Source of the DNA: Thermodesulfobacteriota bacterium
GTDB lineage: Bacteria; Desulfobacterota; GWC2-55-46; JADFVP01
Assembly (NCBI GenBank): GCA_046754225.1
Contig: JBHHVI010000001.1
Span: 5,776 to 69,775 of the forward strand
Direction of reading: 5' to 3'
DNA length: 64,000 nt
The notes under the pieces were generated by a model, which saw only the letters and a list, made by a program, of their open reading frames with translations, did no database searches and had not been told where the DNA came from. Below, in pieces: positions 60,883 through 64,000 of this stretch (its first letter is position 1; the number at the start of each line of letters is the position of its first letter). Made by a program: the position numbers and the translations under genes.

Positions 60883-62043
60883 TCAAGCGAGCTCCAACCC
60901 CTCTATCCTCTTCAAGACGTAATCTCTTATCTCACGCGGCTTCAAGAGTTCCCTTGTCACCGCTCCCTTTTCTATAAGGGGCGTAAAGAGACTCTCCAGC
61001 GCACCTCCGCATGAGCATTTATCAGGCCTCTTACCGAGGGGAATGACCAGCCTTTCAGCGCATTCGCGGCACCTGAGCACGTCCTTGGCGCCAGACCACT
61101 TGCCCCGCTTGGCCAGTGGTTTACCTTCAACCTCCATTATGTCCATCGCAAAATCAATAACCGGGGCGTTGCTTATGGAAGTGCCGACGCCGAAGGCGTC
61201 CACCACGGGCTTCAGCTCCGTCACCTCTTTTTCGTCGAGGCCGCCGCTGGCGAAAAGCTTTACGTGATTAAACCCCCTCAAGTCCAGTTCCCACCTCACC
61301 TCCTCGAAGATGCGGTAGAAATCCCCACGCCGCGTCGAGGGCGTATCGAGCCTTACGGCGTGGAGCTTATCGCCAAAAGCCTCGGCCACTCGGAGCGCCT
61401 CGAACTTTTCGTCGTTAAATGTGTCTATGAGCGCCACCCTCTTTATCTTCTTGTCAATAACCTCGTCAAAGGCCCTTACCGCCTCGACGGTATCGCCTAA
61501 AACGAGTATGAGGGCATGGGGCATCGTCCCCATGGGGTCTTCCTCGATAAGCTCGGCGCTCTCTACAACCGCCACGCCGTCGCAGCCGCCGATGAAGGCG
61601 GACCTCTCGACCATGGGGGCTATGGCCGGATGCATGCGCCTTGCCCCGAAACTCGCCACCGTCCTATCACCGGCGGCTATCCTTATGCGCGCGGCCTTTG
61701 TCGCCACGCCCGAGGCCTGACAGATAAGCCCGAGCATGGATGTCTCAAATACGGAGAATTCCCTGTACACCCCCTCTATCTCCATCACCGGCTCCCAGGG
61801 GGAAAAGACCTCTCCTTCCCTGAGTGACCTTATATTCACGTCGCGCCCATCCATCAACCGGGCGACCTCTTCTATTCCGGCCAGCACCCCCCATCCGTAT
61901 TGGTCCGGCAGGGTCTTGGCGAAAAATTCCGCCCTCACCCTCGTATCTACACCCTTCGCCTCAAGTATCTCAAGGGTCCTTCTGAAATACACGTCAGTAA
62001 CCCTACCCTCCCTGATATCCTCCGGCTTCGCAATATGGAACAT
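60883..62043 (-). CDS. Nicotinate phosphoribosyltransferase (archaeal/Thermus-type) with a C-terminal zinc ribbon
   Basis: 386 aa; the conserved N-terminus is DVYF...; CRECAERL...CSCGG at the C-terminus. Confidence 0.7.
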   Translation of the reverse strand: MFHIAKPEDIREGRVTDVYFRRTLEILEAKGVDTRVRAEFFAKTLPDQYGWGVLAGIEEVARLMDGRDVNIRSLREGEVFSPWEPVMEIEGVYREFSVFETSMLGLICQASGVATKAARIRIAAGDRTVASFGARRMHPAIAPMVERSAFIGGCDGVAVVESAELIEEDPMGTMPHALILVLGDTVEAVRAFDEVIDKKIKRVALIDTFNDEKFEALRVAEAFGDKLHAVRLDTPSTRRGDFYRIFEEVRWELDLRGFNHVKLFASGGLDEKEVTELKPVVDAFGVGTSISNAPVIDFAMDIMEVEGKPLAKRGKWSGAKDVLRCRECAERLVIPLGKRPDKCSCGGALESLFTPLIEKGAVTRELLKPREIRDYVLKRIEGLELA

Positions 62044-62062
62044 ATCCGCCTCCCGTATATTT

Positions 62063-62746
62063 TCAGGTTTTTATATGGATTTGACTGTTTCGTATAAGGG
62101 GACCAAAGAGTTTTATACCGAGGGCCCCGGCAACGAACCCTCCTATGTGGGCGTACCATGCCACGGAGCCGCCGGTGCCTGAACCGAGCAACTGAAAAAA
62201 GAACCAGACGGCGAGAAAAAAGACGGCCGGCACCCTTACGAGCGTTACAAAAAACACAAGGAATATAAGTGTAATGACACGGGCCCTCGGAAAGAGCATG
62301 AAATATGCCCCCAGGACCCCGGCTATGGCGCCGCTCGCCCCTATCATGGGCATCATGGAAGAAGGGCCGGCGAGCAGTATGTGGACAAGGCTCGCGATAA
62401 GCCCCATGAGGAGATAGAAGATGATAAACTTGACATGGCCCAGGCTGTCCTCTATATTATCGCCGAATATCCACAGGAACAGCATGTTCCCCCCCACATG
62501 GAAGAGCCCCCCGTGAACGAACATTGCCGTAAAGAGAGTAAACGGCGGCGGCACTACCGCCCTTGGGCCGATATCAACAAAATGCGTGACCTCATAGGGT
62601 ATGGCCGCCGTGGAGTATACGAACCTCTCCATGCCCCTGTAGCCGAGGGCGAGTTGATAGACAAATACCAGCGCGTTTATAACGATTATGGCGATTGTAA
62701 CATAGGGGAACGTATATCTGGGCGTATCGTCTTTTAAAGGTATCAT
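62063..62746 (-). CDS. Rhomboid-family intramembrane serine protease
   Basis: GASGAIAG (catalytic Ser) and HIGGF (His), 227 aa with 6 transmembrane segments. Confidence 0.8.
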   Translation of the reverse strand: MIPLKDDTPRYTFPYVTIAIIVINALVFVYQLALGYRGMERFVYSTAAIPYEVTHFVDIGPRAVVPPPFTLFTAMFVHGGLFHVGGNMLFLWIFGDNIEDSLGHVKFIIFYLLMGLIASLVHILLAGPSSMMPMIGASGAIAGVLGAYFMLFPRARVITLIFLVFFVTLVRVPAVFFLAVWFFFQLLGSGTGGSVAWYAHIGGFVAGALGIKLFGPLIRNSQIHIKT

Positions 62747-62927
62747 GCAGAGACCTTCTCTCTAAGAAGGTTTTAATTAAAAAACTCTTTCGGGTGAAGG
62801 GAGCAAAACGAAAAGGTCTAAACCCGCCTGGGCCTCTTACACATTAACCATAACCCAGAATATAAGGCTTTTCAAGCGACGGGTCCTGACCATCTAAAAG
62901 TCGGAAGGAAGTTTTTGAGCGGGTCCA

Positions 62928-63800
62928 CTAAGGCTTGTAACTCATGAGTTCTCTCGCATAGGGAGAGATGAAGGCCGTGAGCCTTTCCACCTCCTTTAAC
63001 TTGAGACGCATAAATGAGGCGGCTATCTCCGCGTTCTCTTTAACCTGCTCCACTGTATCGCAGCCTATAACGGCCGTAGTCACGGGCTGGGTCAGGGCGT
63101 AACAGAAGAGGAGCTTTTTCGGCGCGTCGAGCCTGCCCCTCAAATAGACCTTCATCCCTATTATCCCCATGTCCTTCGCGCTCGCCAGGGGGGCCACCTC
63201 GTCTATGAAGGGTTTGTGAGAGGGCTCCGCCGGGTTCACCGGGATGAGGACGGTATCGAAATCAAAGACCTCTATGCACTTTTTTATTATCGCCGGATCG
63301 TGGTGGCCCGTAACACCGAGAAACCTCACGAGCCCCTTTTCCTTCGCCTCTAAAAAGGCCTCGGCCGCCCCGCCCGGCCCGAAGATGGCCTCAACATCCC
63401 CGGCGGACCTTACGTCGTGAATTTGCCAGAGGTCGAGGTGGCCGGTCTTCATGTTTTTAAGCGTCTCGTGAAGGTGTTTTTGAGCGCCCTCCTTATCCCT
63501 CGCATGACTCTTGCCGGCCAGAAAAATCTTATCCCGTCTCCCCCTAAGGGCTTTGCCGTAATAGGACTCGCTCCCATCATAGGCCCTTGCCGATTCCATA
63601 TAGTTAACGCCCAGGTCTATGGCCGTGTTTATAAGGCGGTCAGCCTCGGCCTCCCTACCCCGGGACCTCAACAGCCCCTCGCCACCGAGCCCCAATATGG
63701 TCACATCAACGCCCGTACGGCCGAGCCTTCTCACGGGTATTTCAGGCTTATTCCCCTTTTCGACAGCGGGGGTCTCTTTTTCCGGATTTCCCTTTTCCAT
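62928..63800 (-). CDS. Aldo/keto reductase
   Basis: VRRLGRTGVDVTILGLG..., the AKR fold, 290 aa. Confidence 0.8.
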   Translation of the reverse strand: MEKGNPEKETPAVEKGNKPEIPVRRLGRTGVDVTILGLGGEGLLRSRGREAEADRLINTAIDLGVNYMESARAYDGSESYYGKALRGRRDKIFLAGKSHARDKEGAQKHLHETLKNMKTGHLDLWQIHDVRSAGDVEAIFGPGGAAEAFLEAKEKGLVRFLGVTGHHDPAIIKKCIEVFDFDTVLIPVNPAEPSHKPFIDEVAPLASAKDMGIIGMKVYLRGRLDAPKKLLFCYALTQPVTTAVIGCDTVEQVKENAEIAASFMRLKLKEVERLTAFISPYARELMSYKP

Positions 63801-64000
63801 GGTGCGATTATAGCAGTTTTTCCGTTATTTTTAAAAGTTATTAAGCGCGCCGGTTTGAATTACTCTATTCGAAATAGTAACATACAAGCAAAAAACGTTT
63901 CAAGATGTTAAGAGGCTGTAAGCGTTATCCGGCCACCGCCGGAGAATTTGTGCTTAAAACCCTTTAGCGTGTATATTCATAAAGATGGAAGACAGGATAA

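Overview
This is a 64 kb stretch of bacterial chromosome with roughly 58-60% GC and tightly packed genes. It contains no rRNA genes, CRISPR arrays, transposases or integrases. It begins inside an hdrA gene. The same strand then carries an unbroken block of redox and reductive-TCA genes from 1 to 15.4 kb. The block runs hdrA, mvhD, three Flx/Asr/Hyd-like Fe-S and flavin subunits, and a second soluble FrdB/FrdA-like pair. It continues with sucCD, korDABC (2-oxoglutarate:ferredoxin oxidoreductase) and frdAB plus an HdrB-like CCG-domain subunit. On the minus strand, a complete Pho cluster follows (phoU, pstBACS, a phosphate-selective porin and a second pstS-family gene), with a Pho-box-like direct-repeat array. 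After that come hemL, glyQ, recO, mgtE, a usp-clpA pair, dnaK and a cbpA-type J-protein, and rsmE and prmA separated by a 7x40-bp tandem repeat. Next are yajQ, lolA, ftsK, a dcd-like gene, a PilZ gene, ftsB, a CN-hydrolase gene overlapping argS, and tRNA-His with a PIN/RHH toxin-antitoxin pair. The window continues with gyrB followed by a gene fusing a NYN nuclease domain to a cold-shock domain, psiE, a CxxCH lipoprotein, tatABC, a usp gene and a polysaccharide deacetylase. A five-gene envelope module follows (LolA-like protein, two FtsX/MacB-type permeases, an ABC ATPase and an outer-membrane beta-barrel). The window ends with an archaeal-type NAPRTase, a rhomboid protease and an aldo-keto reductase. 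Most content is housekeeping. The most unusual candidates are the Hdr-Flx-Frd gene block, the 40-bp tandem repeat and the LolA-like ABC module. All calls rest on reading the translated ORFs and the sequence by eye; no searches were run.
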